Shown here: one piece after another, positions 54,080-64,000 of the stretch
Position numbering within the stretch: position 1 is the first letter of the stretch
How the letters are laid out: the number at the start of each line of letters is the position of its first letter
Assembly (NCBI GenBank): GCA_977017575.1
Contig: CDRNVI010000043.1
Location: 62,001-126,000 of the forward strand
DNA from: Paramoeba atlantica
Taxonomy: Eukaryota; Protista; Discosea
DNA: 64,000 nucleotides
Direction of reading: 5' to 3'
The notes under the pieces: generated by a model
What the model saw: the letters and a program-made list of their open reading frames with translations, nothing else
Databases searched by the model: none
Told to the model about the DNA's origin: nothing
Translations under genes and position numbers: made by a program

Positions 54080-55080
54080 ATTTTTTAGAGGATCTTAGAA
54101 GTCACTAATGCTGCTCGCTTCGCGTTCAAAACTACCATCGCGTTTAACGAAGACCCTAGAAAAGAAAATTCGGCCTGGACAGCTAAAGTAAAACAAAGAT
54201 TATAGCCAAAAATAGCCGATTTTAGGGTAAAAATGTGGTGATTTTTGGGTATTTTTGTTCTCAGAGCGCTAAATCTGATATGTGCGTGTGAGAAATCAAT
54301 CGTAGGCGTGAATGAAAGCCTACTGAACGTATTGGGTATAGAATGCGACTCCAACAACAGCATTATTTTGACATAAAAAGACCCCTTGGGGTCCGAAAAT
54401 TGCTTTTCCGCACTTTTTGGTCAAAAAAGGACCATTTTGGGAGGCGTGACACGGCTAGAAGATGGGGTATCTGGCGAAAACAACGGTGCAGATGGCTAGT
54501 ATAGGTCGGAAACTCTCAAAATATAATAGCGAAAAAAAAGTTGAAAAAATATTTTTTTTATCATTTTTTCCGCCAAGTTGAATTTCTTTTCAATTTTTTT
54601 TTTCCGAAAAAATCTGAACTTGGCGGACCGCCCTGCGGATACACGTGGGGGTCACCCCCGAGTAGGGGTGTGGAAAATGCGCACCAAGACACCGGCTACC
54701 CTTTCTGCGGTTCCTTTTCGAAATTTATCCTTACCGAAATTTACCCGAAATTCGGCTATTTTTGGCTATAATCTTTCCGTTTTCCAGGCAAAATTTTCTT
54801 TTTTAGGCTCTTCGTTAAACGCGGCTGTAGTTTTCCACGCGAAGCGCGCAGCATGAGTGACTTCTAAGTTTAAAACAACCACCGCGTTTAACGAAGAGCC
54901 TAAATTGAAAAAAAGTGAACAAAAACAGTGAAAATATAAAGAGGAACACAGTAATATAATAAAGGAAAAAAATATAAAAGGGGACTCCCATGGTCCAAAA
55001 TTGAAAAAAAAAAAAACAAAAAATGGGGGGTCCATGGGGGCGGTACAGGGGGGGGTCCAGGGGGAGGTCCAGGGGGGGGC
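54080..55080. mobile_element. Diverged and rearranged HINE-like repeat (copy E)
   Basis: Diverged + strand segment 54085-54720 followed by inverted segments 54745-55075 of the same family. Confidence 0.65.
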
Positions 55081-55205
55081 ACCCGCACCCTTATCTGTCA
55101 TAGAAACTCGCACCCTTATCTGTCATAATGCACCCTTATCTGTCATATGCACCCTTATCTGTCATAAGGCACCCTTATCTGTCATACTGCACCCTTATCT
55201 GTCAT
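55080..55205 (+). repeat. Short tandem repeat, ~20-30-bp units containing GCACCCTTATCTGTCATA
   Basis: Five to six copies read directly. Confidence 0.9.
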
Positions 55206-55495
55206 AATACATTTTTTGTTAATGTGCGTTTAGAAACTTGTGCCAGACGGATGTTTTCTCTGTTATAAGCTTGAGCGTGGGATATCCTCCAATCCAATCC
55301 AATCCAAAAGACCGACATATGTCGGTTAGAATGTTAAATGTTTTCTCCCCGAACTTATACTCCCTCGCCTTCCAGTTCAGAGTTTAGTAGTGCCTACTAT
55401 TTTACTTTCACACAATACTTTTCCTTATCTTCCTGAACTCTTCCTCAGGGTATTCCGAACCTGCTGGTGGAAGCACGTCTTCCGCCCAACTCTTA

Positions 55496-58400
55496 CTATG
55501 AAGGCGCCCTCTTCCCACCAGTTTTCGCAATCTTCCCGCACAGCTTGACTTTAGCCTCGGCGCCGCGCTTGGGTGCTGGATTGGTTTTCGTCTTTCCCTT
55601 TTCCAAGGTTCTATGTTTTCTCAGCTTTTCCAAGGATTTGTCGATTTGTGATGCGTTGGAATCATTACTTGTTTTTCTCTTTTTCTGCTCAGGCGGTCGA
55701 GGAACTTTTCGCGCTGCAATCAGTGCTAACCCATCTGCCTCCTCGTTCCATTTATTTCCTGAGTGACCCTTGACTTTGCACATATATATTGAGTACAAAT
55801 CATGTTTTAAGGACCGTAATTTTCCGTCTAACTGGGAGAACAAATCTCCATTTAAAACCCCCTTGTAACCAACGATTCGCCGCCGATATCGAAGATTGTG
55901 AAAGAAGTCCCATAGATAGTAAGAGTCTGTATGAAACAGACAAGCGCATGGTTTTGACGGCAGTTGGAGAAGGGCATGCTGAAAAGCTAAGATCTCTACT
56001 CGCTCAATAGTGTCTGATTCCAATGGTATGGATATCCGTGAGGGTTCGCATCGCGGTTTTAGAACTACGATACCTATGCCACTTCGAATCTCTTTCGTAT
56101 TTTTCATCGGCAGAACAGAGCCATCGGTATATATTTGTATGGCTTTATAGGCTGGAAAAGGCACATTTGATTCTTCAACGAACTGTAATTCTGAAGGACT
56201 TTTTTGTTTTTTAGCTTTGGCAAGAGCAGTTTTCCACTTTGCTGACCCAGTTTTTTCGTATTCTATGAGCGGTTCAAGTTCACGTCGCAATTTTTCTGTC
56301 AGACGATACCAGTGTTCACGGTCTGACGCAAATACCAATGCCTCTTCCAGTGTAATGTTAAGATCCTTGAAGCAAGCCTCGCTTGGAGATAAATTGCGTG
56401 CATTCGGGCGTTGTTTCCACTGTACAAGCTCTTGAAAATCACTGGAGTGCCTCAGCATGTGCCCGACGAGCTTGGCCCTCTGAACCTTGTGTATAGTAGA
56501 AAAGCGCTCAGTTTCAAGATACAGAGAAGCATTCGGGTAGCTCATTCCGTATTCATCTAATCTGTTGCATTGGCAAACTATTCTTCTCATGTTGTTAACT
56601 TCAACGTCAATTCTTCGGAGCATGGATTTTGAAATAGAAAGTGCACCTGTCCCAAAGTTTAGCACCGGATATACTATTGAATCGTAGAGGCGCAGCTTAG
56701 TCTCCGGGCTAAGTGGTGAAGACCAAATACCATTCATTCGAAAGAGAGATCCCCAAGCTAGTTTCAATCGATCTTTAACTGTAGATGTAAAATCATTTTC
56801 CTGCCGATGCCCTAAGTGTTTGTAAGACGTAACTTTCGGAATCATCCCCGAGAATTTGCTGTTCAGGCTCTCGCTGCTCATTTGAGATTTACCAAAAGTT
56901 AACCAGGCTGTCTTGTTTGCTCCGACGGCTAGTTTCAGATTAGCTTTGCGTGACTCTTCAGCTACATTGTCTATCATATTTGTCAAACCACTCTTCGTGT
57001 CACTAAATAACGCTATATCGTCCGCATACTCAATGTCACTCAGGCGCTTTTCATGAAGACCCCGCTTTCTTGTACCCCTAGAGCTGAGAAGAACCCCGTC
57101 TGATTTTCCATCTAGTGCTTTATTGAGAATTCTATCTAACACCATAACGAACAGATAAGGCGCCAATACATCACCTTGAAGTATTCCTGTAGTGATAGGG
57201 AAAGGTTTTGTGATTCCAATAGAAGTTCGTACAGTGCCTTTCAGCTCATCGTATATAGACATTATCATCTTAGAAAGACATGAACCTACTCGAAATGCAT
57301 GCAAACTAGCTTTAATAGCAGCGAACGATACCGAAGGAAATGCTTTAGCAAAGTCTATAAAAGCTACAGAAAGGCCTTGTCCTCTGAATGCTTTGGTTTT
57401 TATTTCGTTCATGATAATCTGAGCTCCAGAAGTCGCTCGGTTAGGTCGAAACCCATACTGGTTACCCCGAAGAGACTTTTCAATGTTGGGTCTAATGCGG
57501 GAGAGTATCATATGATTCATGAGCTTAACTACGCTATTTACTACGCATATAGGCCGCCAATTCTCAATGTTAGTGAGGTCTCCTTTCTTTGGGATGGGTA
57601 TTTGAAGAGTGTTGCGCCAGGCTTCCTCTGTGACTCCCGTTTCGTGTACCTGGTTGATTATATTCAGGAGATGCGATCTCAGATCAGGGTGGACCGCTAT
57701 AGCTTGAAGGGCTTCCATTGGTATTCCGTCACTTCCCGGTGTTTTTCCTCTTCTGAAATGTTCTAAAGATGTGCTTAACTCCTCGCTTGTAAATGCTGCA
57801 TCGGATATTGGTACTAACGGCGGCGGCAGCAGTTCAAAGCTAAGATTTGGATCTCCATCATCAGCGCCACTAAATTTCATGAAGTACGATCGAATTTCGT
57901 TAAGTTTATCATTTCGTGAGCTTCCGTTCGTGCTAAAGGTATCACGATATTGCCCGCATATCTTTCGAATCGTTCTCCATGGGTTTGAATGGTTTTTACG
58001 AAGCTGTTTTTCAATCTCCAAGCATTCGTCAGAAATAATCTCTTCAACTTCCGCTTTATTCTCCATTACGAGAGCGTTGAACACCTTTTTGTTTCTGCTC
58101 TTGTGATATAAACCGCGCAAATCATGTATTTTTGAGTCCTTTACAGCTTCTTTGTTCAAATTTCGTTTCGTCGGTTTTTTGAAAGTTTTTACAGCATTTT
58201 TCATATATTGTGCGAGAGCGCCCCATGATCGACAAGAGTTCGAGGTTGCTCGATATTGGTCGTGAACTTTATTGATGAAATTCTTCCTATCCTCACTATT
58301 TCGAAGAGAAATCCACGAGAGCTGATTCGTATTCGTTTTGGGATCACTGACTCGCCATTTAATTTTAATTCTGGCTATAACACAACAGTGAGTAGTAGGA

Positions 58401-59575
58401 ATGGGTGCCTTGATCACTTTGTGTCGTTGAATTGCCGATGCAAATCTGCTACAAATAAATATGTGATCTAACTGCCTTAAAGTTTTGTTTGGTAATTCGC
58501 ATGTCCATTTCCGACTACTTGGACAAAGACTGTGCGCAGACTTACAGTCTATAGAACAAGAAAGTCCTTTAAGACGGGCGGCCGCAATGGGATCTAGATC
58601 CTTATTTGTTATATGTGTCAAAGGTGCATTAAAGTCGCCCAGCACAATTAATGGGCGACGCGGGTTGCTTTCCCTTATTCTCAAGCAGCAACGTTCGAGT
58701 TCTCCGTAGAACTCCGTAACCTCGACGTCCTTAGAATCGCGTGTAGGAGAATATACGTTAATAACTGTTGCGACTCCTTCCTCCATCTCAAATTCACCCG
58801 ACATAATCCTTTCACTGATTTTAGATACCTTAGACAAGGGAAAAGTGCTGACGAATCCCATTCCATTGTATGCATCCTTTGCGCGCGCTGGAATGAGGTT
58901 CAAGTGAAACTCTGCGTTCCGATATTGTACTTTGCGGTGAAGGACATCCGACTTTTCAGAAGATGGGAATCTGAATCGCGTTTCCTGCAGGCCCAGAATA
59001 TTTATTCCCTTCAGACCAATGAAGGCAAGTACTTCGCAAAGGTGTCCGCACTTTCGTAGGCTAAACTCGTCTTCACCTTTCAGCTTAAGAGTAGTCACGT
59101 TCAAGGTTCCCACACTCAACATTCTCTTCACAGCGGGGCCCCCAGGGCCCACCAAGTCACGGAGAGCACGTTTGCCAGACTGTGCCCTGTATTTGCGAGA
59201 GCGCTTTTTGAAACGACGTCTACGCTTAGGCGCACAAACCCGAGCAGCACAGAGGACGATGTGAGGACTACATGGAGGGAACGGAAGCGTAAATCGCGAA
59301 CACTGAGCGTAGCGAACACGCCAGCGGCTCGGCACCCAACTCTCTACTACCCCCTCCCAAACACTGTAGTTCGATGAATCCGCGTACCTCCAAACCACCG
59401 CAAGCTTAGCGCCTAAACAAAGCAGTCGCATAATGTGTCCTAACGACCTCGCGCGGAGTTTAGCAGATTCCGTTCCACCCTTCGCAGGACGGAAAAGAAT
59501 CCCCCGATCAAGCTTGGAACACGCAAGAAGATTCATAATAGCAGTGGGCATGCGTGCACCGGAAGCATCCGCCAT
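55496..59575 (-). CDS. APE-RT-RNase H polyprotein of RTE-Z, 1359 aa from MADASG
   Basis: VGTLNV, LGLQET, VLGDFN, QLDHIF; NWRPIC, FIDFAKAF, QGDVLAPYLF, YADD; YTDGS, RVEILA, HTDS, VKGHSGNKWNEEAD. No stops. Confidence 0.93.
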   Translation of the reverse strand: MADASGARMPTAIMNLLACSKLDRGILFRPAKGGTESAKLRARSLGHIMRLLCLGAKLAVVWRYADSSNYSVWEGVVESWVPSRWRVRYAQCSRFTLPFPPCSPHIVLCAARVCAPKRRRRFKKRSRKYRAQSGKRALRDLVGPGGPAVKRMLSVGTLNVTTLKLKGEDEFSLRKCGHLCEVLAFIGLKGINILGLQETRFRFPSSEKSDVLHRKVQYRNAEFHLNLIPARAKDAYNGMGFVSTFPLSKVSKISERIMSGEFEMEEGVATVINVYSPTRDSKDVEVTEFYGELERCCLRIRESNPRRPLIVLGDFNAPLTHITNKDLDPIAAARLKGLSCSIDCKSAHSLCPSSRKWTCELPNKTLRQLDHIFICSRFASAIQRHKVIKAPIPTTHCCVIARIKIKWRVSDPKTNTNQLSWISLRNSEDRKNFINKVHDQYRATSNSCRSWGALAQYMKNAVKTFKKPTKRNLNKEAVKDSKIHDLRGLYHKSRNKKVFNALVMENKAEVEEIISDECLEIEKQLRKNHSNPWRTIRKICGQYRDTFSTNGSSRNDKLNEIRSYFMKFSGADDGDPNLSFELLPPPLVPISDAAFTSEELSTSLEHFRRGKTPGSDGIPMEALQAIAVHPDLRSHLLNIINQVHETGVTEEAWRNTLQIPIPKKGDLTNIENWRPICVVNSVVKLMNHMILSRIRPNIEKSLRGNQYGFRPNRATSGAQIIMNEIKTKAFRGQGLSVAFIDFAKAFPSVSFAAIKASLHAFRVGSCLSKMIMSIYDELKGTVRTSIGITKPFPITTGILQGDVLAPYLFVMVLDRILNKALDGKSDGVLLSSRGTRKRGLHEKRLSDIEYADDIALFSDTKSGLTNMIDNVAEESRKANLKLAVGANKTAWLTFGKSQMSSESLNSKFSGMIPKVTSYKHLGHRQENDFTSTVKDRLKLAWGSLFRMNGIWSSPLSPETKLRLYDSIVYPVLNFGTGALSISKSMLRRIDVEVNNMRRIVCQCNRLDEYGMSYPNASLYLETERFSTIHKVQRAKLVGHMLRHSSDFQELVQWKQRPNARNLSPSEACFKDLNITLEEALVFASDREHWYRLTEKLRRELEPLIEYEKTGSAKWKTALAKAKKQKSPSELQFVEESNVPFPAYKAIQIYTDGSVLPMKNTKEIRSGIGIVVLKPRCEPSRISIPLESDTIERVEILAFQHALLQLPSKPCACLFHTDSYYLWDFFHNLRYRRRIVGYKGVLNGDLFSQLDGKLRSLKHDLYSIYMCKVKGHSGNKWNEEADGLALIAARKVPRPPEQKKRKTSNDSNASQIDKSLEKLRKHRTLEKGKTKTNPAPKRGAEAKVKLCGKIAKTGGKRAPS

Positions 59576-59588
59576 TTTGCAAATAAAT

Positions 59589-60392
59589 TTACAAAAAACT
59601 TGATCTTTACAAAAAACTTGATCTTTACAAAAAACTTGATCTTTACAAAAAACTTGATCTTTACAAAAAACTTGATCTTTACAAAAAACTTGATCTTTAC
59701 AAAAAACTTGATCTTTACAAAAAACTTGATCTTTACAAAAAACTTGATCTTTACAAAAAACTTGATCTTTACAAAAAACTTGATCTTTACAAAAAACTTG
59801 ATCTTTACAAAAAACTTGATCTTTACAAAAAACTTGATCTTTACAAAAAACTTGATCTTTACAAAAAACTTGATCTTTACAAAAAACTTGATCTTTACAA
59901 AAAACTTGATCTTTACAAAAAACTTGATCTTTACAAAAAACTTGATCTTTACAAAAAACTTGATCTTTACAAAAAACTTGATCTTTACAAAAAACTTGAT
60001 CTTTACAAAAAACTTGATCTTTACAAAAAACTTGATCTTTACAAAAAACTTGATCTTTACAAAAAACTTGATCTTTACAAAAAACTTGATCTTTACAAAA
60101 AACTTGATCTTTACAAAAAACTTGATCTTTACAAAAAACTTGATCTTTACAAAAAACTTGATCTTTACAAAAAACTTGATCTTTACAAAAAACTTGATCT
60201 TTACAAAAAACTTGATCTTTACAAAAAACTTGATCTTTACAAAAAACTTGATCTTTACAAAAAACTTGATCTTTACAAAAAACTTGATCTTTACAAAAAA
60301 CTTGATCTTTACAAAAAACTTGATCTTTACAAAAAACTTGATCTTTACAAAAAACTTGATCTTTACAAAAAACTTGATCTTTACAAAAAAAC
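59589..60392 (-). repeat. 18-bp tandem array (AAGATCAAGTTTTTTGTA)n at the 5' end of RTE-Z
   Basis: About 44 perfect units, inside the TSD-bounded element and just upstream of the ATG. Confidence 0.97.
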
Positions 60393-60395
60393 TGA

Positions 60396-61245
60396 GGATA
60401 TCCTCTCAGGATTGATCTAAAGATTGCTATGACGTGAGCGGCAAACGTGGGGTCGATGTGGGCGAGTGGGGGAAGAGGCTCCAAGTCGCATCCCGTGTCA
60501 CAATCTTGTGTTTCTTCGATATCCAAAAATGGCGTTTGTGTCACAATACGGTTGAGCTTTACCACCCGTAATCGGAAGATGTTAATCTTGTGAGATGCAG
60601 GTAGATATAGAAATCCTGATGGACCTGGCTGATGCTGCGGTGTGTAGGAAATCTTTACCCTGATTGCACCTTTTCTAGAATGTCACGTAACAACTTCTCC
60701 AATCGACTGATAAATCTCACTGCTGTGGCGGAATTTCCAATGTAGCTCGCAAGTAGTTCCTTTTCCCCAGTCGTTGATTATCTTTAGTATTTGATCCGGA
60801 GCTTTCATTGTTTCTTCGTCGACCTCGGCCACCCGATCGTCCTCCGAGATGTCTGATCCTGATGCAGATGAGCTCTCCGATCCTTCGTCATGTGACATGT
60901 CCGCTTGTCCGAGGTTCGCCTTCGTTAGATCAGAGCTACGGAGTATCACTTTTACCTTTTTCGGAGTTTTCTTCAGTCGTGTCTCTTTTCTGATCTTAAT
61001 TTTCAAGGATGACTCTCCAGTTTGACTTCTTCGTAGAATTTCATTTCTCCGAACACTGGCAAAAGCGGTTTCCTCGTCTTTCGTGTTGTGGCGGCCGTGG
61101 TCTGACGTTGGGTTTTTCTCGATGCTTTGCGCTTTGTGTTCCATCTTCTTTTGCCAGTTGAGGGGAATATGCTGTGGAATGGGGGTTGTGTACATGAGGT
61201 CGTCGTACGTGCTAGCGTCTTGGATGAGTTTCTTGTTTGCCTCAA
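60396..61245 (-). pseudogene. Second copy of the CRE-B 5' region (also 55226-55289)
   Basis: Near-identical to 27500-28352; this is the target of RTE-Z. Confidence 0.9.
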
Positions 61246-63675
61246 ATCCAATCGAATCCGCAAATGGGAAATGAGAAATCTGGACCTGCTGACAACAGTG
61301 GTATCGATCGCCTCGAGACATCGGCAAACACAGATTCAGCTAACTCACCGGAAACAGGCTCATCACAAGCAAATCAATCGCCGCAGGCAATATCGTCACA
61401 CGTAAATCAAGAAACTGGAAAATCTGAACTTGTTGACATCATTGAAGTCGATCGCTTCAACCCACCAGTCAACACATATTCCGCTAATTCGTCGATTACA
61501 CCCTCCCCACAAACAAATCAATCACCGCAGGTAATATCGCCACAAACATATCAAGTCTCGCCGGATTCTCGTGACTTCTACGACTGCCGCTCTCCCTCAC
61601 CGGAGTCTCCAACAACCAAAAAGAACGTAACACACAACTCGATCCACACTCCATCCACAGCGCAAGAAATTTCCAATGCGTATGTTTCAATTACGTCGAA
61701 TGACGGAAATTCACGAGGAATCAGCTACGTTGGAGACAACATCGGCTATAGCACAGAAGAGATAAACAAAATACTGACAACGACTGACCCTGTTTCTCAA
61801 TTTCCGATTCCACCAGATGAAATCCAAAGACATCTACAAGACATAAAAACAGGAACGATCTGTACTGTAGCGTGGACGTTTGACAGGCAGGAAGAAATGA
61901 ACATCGCGCTCGGAAAGGTCACAAGAACGTATTCTCGAAAAGGAACTCGAAAATTGTTCATACAGTACACCGGAGTGCACGGACATCAAGTTGGAGAAGA
62001 ATTCTCTGGATCGTTGCCGAGCCAAGAAAGTGTAAGAATCTATAAAATTCTCTGGCATCGTGCTCCGCCTCCCATTGATGGCATTGAACCGAAGAACAGT
62101 GAACTCGAAATGTTGCATCATCCAATGGGGGAAATAAACACATTTTGGTCGGATGAAGATACTGATTTTCAACCCATACCCACAGCGCGCACTCTCACCC
62201 CTGAAATAATACCGTGCGTGACGGCAACATACCGCAACATAGTACGCGATTACGGAGACAGCAACTACGATCAGCGCAATCAGATATGGCATAGAATCCT
62301 GTCAGCTATGAAACTCTCACTAGCGAACGTACGACAAATGAGTGAGCGACAAAGACGACGGAGACCATTGCCGGAAACGAATGAAACGAGTTCAGAAAAT
62401 ACGAACACGACTGACGACACACGCGCCATCAAGCGAGCGACGAAACTGGTCCTTGAAGGCTGCGTGTCAAAGGCTGCGAAAGTACTGGACAGAAAGTTCA
62501 AACCAAACACCTTGACCAATCAAGAAACGTTAGGAAAACTAGAGCTCCTTCATCCACAGAAAGCCTGCACTTTTACAGTCCCCAATGACGCTCCCATTAT
62601 TGTGGGAATATCCACTAATGAACTTCGAGAAGCAGGCAGAAGACTAGCGAAAGGCGTTAGCCCCGGTCCGACGGGAACAACAGATGGTATAATTCGAATC
62701 CTATTGGACGATGAAGTGTGTTGTCTAAACTTGTGTCATATGATCGCGGACTTGATAAACGGATTTGTCTCTAAAGAAGTCCGAACACGAATTAATCGCG
62801 CTCGTCTAGTGGCAATTCCGAAACCGGATGGAGGCGTCAGGCCAGTCGCGATGGGTGAAGTTCTTGGAAAGCTAGCTGGGATTACATTACTGCAACGCTA
62901 CGAAGCCACCTTAGGATGTCTATTCGAGCCAATGCAGTAAGGCATATTATCCAAAGCTGGCTGCGAAAAAATCGTTCACAAGCTACATGAAAAATACACA
63001 AGTGGACATTGCATCTTAACGGTCGATATAAAGAACGCATTCAATTCACCCAGTCGAGATGACATAGCGAAACACGTATTCGGAATGAGCACCCTCCGCC
63101 CCTTTCAGCGTTTCTTTGCTATGGAATATTCTGAGGCATCTGAAATGCTGTACTACGGACATGGAGGCAAATTGGAAGGTATCGTTTCTAGCACTGCCGG
63201 GGTACGCCAAGGTTCACCATTGGCTACTCTATATTTCTGCGCATTCTTGCAGCCGATATTGGAAACGCTGTCAATGGAGTTCCCGACCATTGAAATCTCT
63301 GCGTTCATCGATGACATAACGCTCGTATCAACGGATCCAGACCAATTAGAAAAAGCCTTTATACGACTGCAAGCTTTAATGTCGGAACGTCAATTGAACT
63401 TCTCACTGCAAAAGTGCGTGTGGTTTGGAGGACAAACACGACATGCGATACCCGCCAAACTAGCATCGCTCGGTCTTGCAGAGGAGACAACTGTTACGAA
63501 GATCCTAGGTGCTTATGTTGGAGAAGATGAAACCATTAGTGAACAATTACTCAAAAAGTTGCAAAAACACGATGACATCTTCCGACGGCTTAAGAAAATG
63601 GGCCTCAGCAACGTCTCACTTAATATACTGACGCGTTGTGTTAATGTACGACAGCAGTATCTGATGAGAGTTCTA
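61246..63675 (+). mobile_element. CRE-D, N-terminal region and RT with premature TAA at 62938-62940, 3'-truncated
   Basis: ORFs 61237-62940 and 63085-63777 are in the same frame. TVDIKNAFN, GVRQGSPLATLYF, AFIDDI. Confidence 0.85.
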
Positions 63676-64000
63676 AAAGTTTACGAAAAGAATTGTACAA
63701 TGGAAATTTTGATTTCTGAGAATTATATTTACGTTAGTTGGCCGACGGGCATTGTACGTTTGTTATTCATAAACTAGTTTATATAGTGACACAAAGCATT
63801 ATACAGTGAACTGGTAATAGAGCGCGTTTTTATCCTTTGAAACTTTTTTATGCCTCCGTCGCCGCGTAGCTCCATAGAGGCACGGAGAAGCGTGTCCCGT
63901 GAACCTTCAGTGGTACCAGACAACCCCATGAGTAGAGAAGAGTTGGCCGTGGTGAAGACGAGAGTTTGTGAGCAACTGCTTCTTTCCCGCGATCAGAATC

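Larger units (their letters stand above)
55290..60395 (-). mobile_element. RTE-Z, intact full-length RTE-like LINE with 5' 18-bp array and (TTGGA)n tail
   Basis: 10-bp TSD ggatatcctc (55280-55289, 60396-60405). The empty site gggatatcctcgcagg is present in the CRE-B copy at ~27501-27516. Confidence 0.92.

Noticed and set aside
59576-60565. 1689-aa ORF with (FCKDQV)n repeats fused to the RTE protein
   Set aside because: Read-through of a stop-free 18-bp array from the flanking CRE target. The TSD and the homologous RTE-Y start place the real ATG at 59575.
9743-62940. Stop-codon reassignment (in-frame TAA/TAG at 9743, 11092, ~29430, 41770, 62938)
   Set aside because: ORFs of 1200-1360 aa have no internal stops, and the stops replace different residues in homologues, so ordinary nonsense mutations fit better.
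63655-63700. Hammerhead-like CTGATGAG...CGAAA
   Set aside because: Stem II does not pair, and CTGATGAG is simply CRE codons (YLMR).

Overview
Eukaryotic transposon graveyard with no recognisable host housekeeping gene. A 39-nt sequence resembling the kinetoplastid/diplonemid spliced leader (AATCTTTAACGATAAAGATACAGTTTCTGTACCTTGTTG) occurs 7 times, whole or partial, so the host is probably a euglenozoan (inference). The window is almost entirely nested mobile elements: CRE/SLACS-like non-LTR retrotransposons (RT + restriction-like endonuclease), RTE-like LINEs (APE-RT-RNase H), two tyrosine-recombinase retroelements (gag-YR-RT/RNase H, VIPER/TATE/Ngaro-like), a tRNA-derived SINE family, a (CAT)n-tailed SINE-like family, a Tc1/mariner element, Merlin-type elements, a Helitron Rep fragment with Helentron-like non-autonomous repeats, and tandem arrays. 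Target-site duplications and uninterrupted sister copies let the nesting be reconstructed; for example, 12466-28543 is one CRE whose four pieces rejoin into an in-frame 1190-aa ORF. Most notable: (i) spliced-leader-capped copies of several unrelated retroelements, one with its unspliced AG acceptor form nearby; (ii) an Ataxin-2/Pbp1 LsmAD-like module at the N-terminus of CRE proteins; (iii) a small W..G.V..Y..P module shared by CRE, RTE and YR retroelement proteins; (iv) a YR element with A1..B1-A2-B2 split repeats, a visible CT crossover core and a YxDG RT motif; (v) 18-bp tandem arrays forming the 5' ends of RTE elements. All calls come from reading the sequence by eye; no database searches were run.
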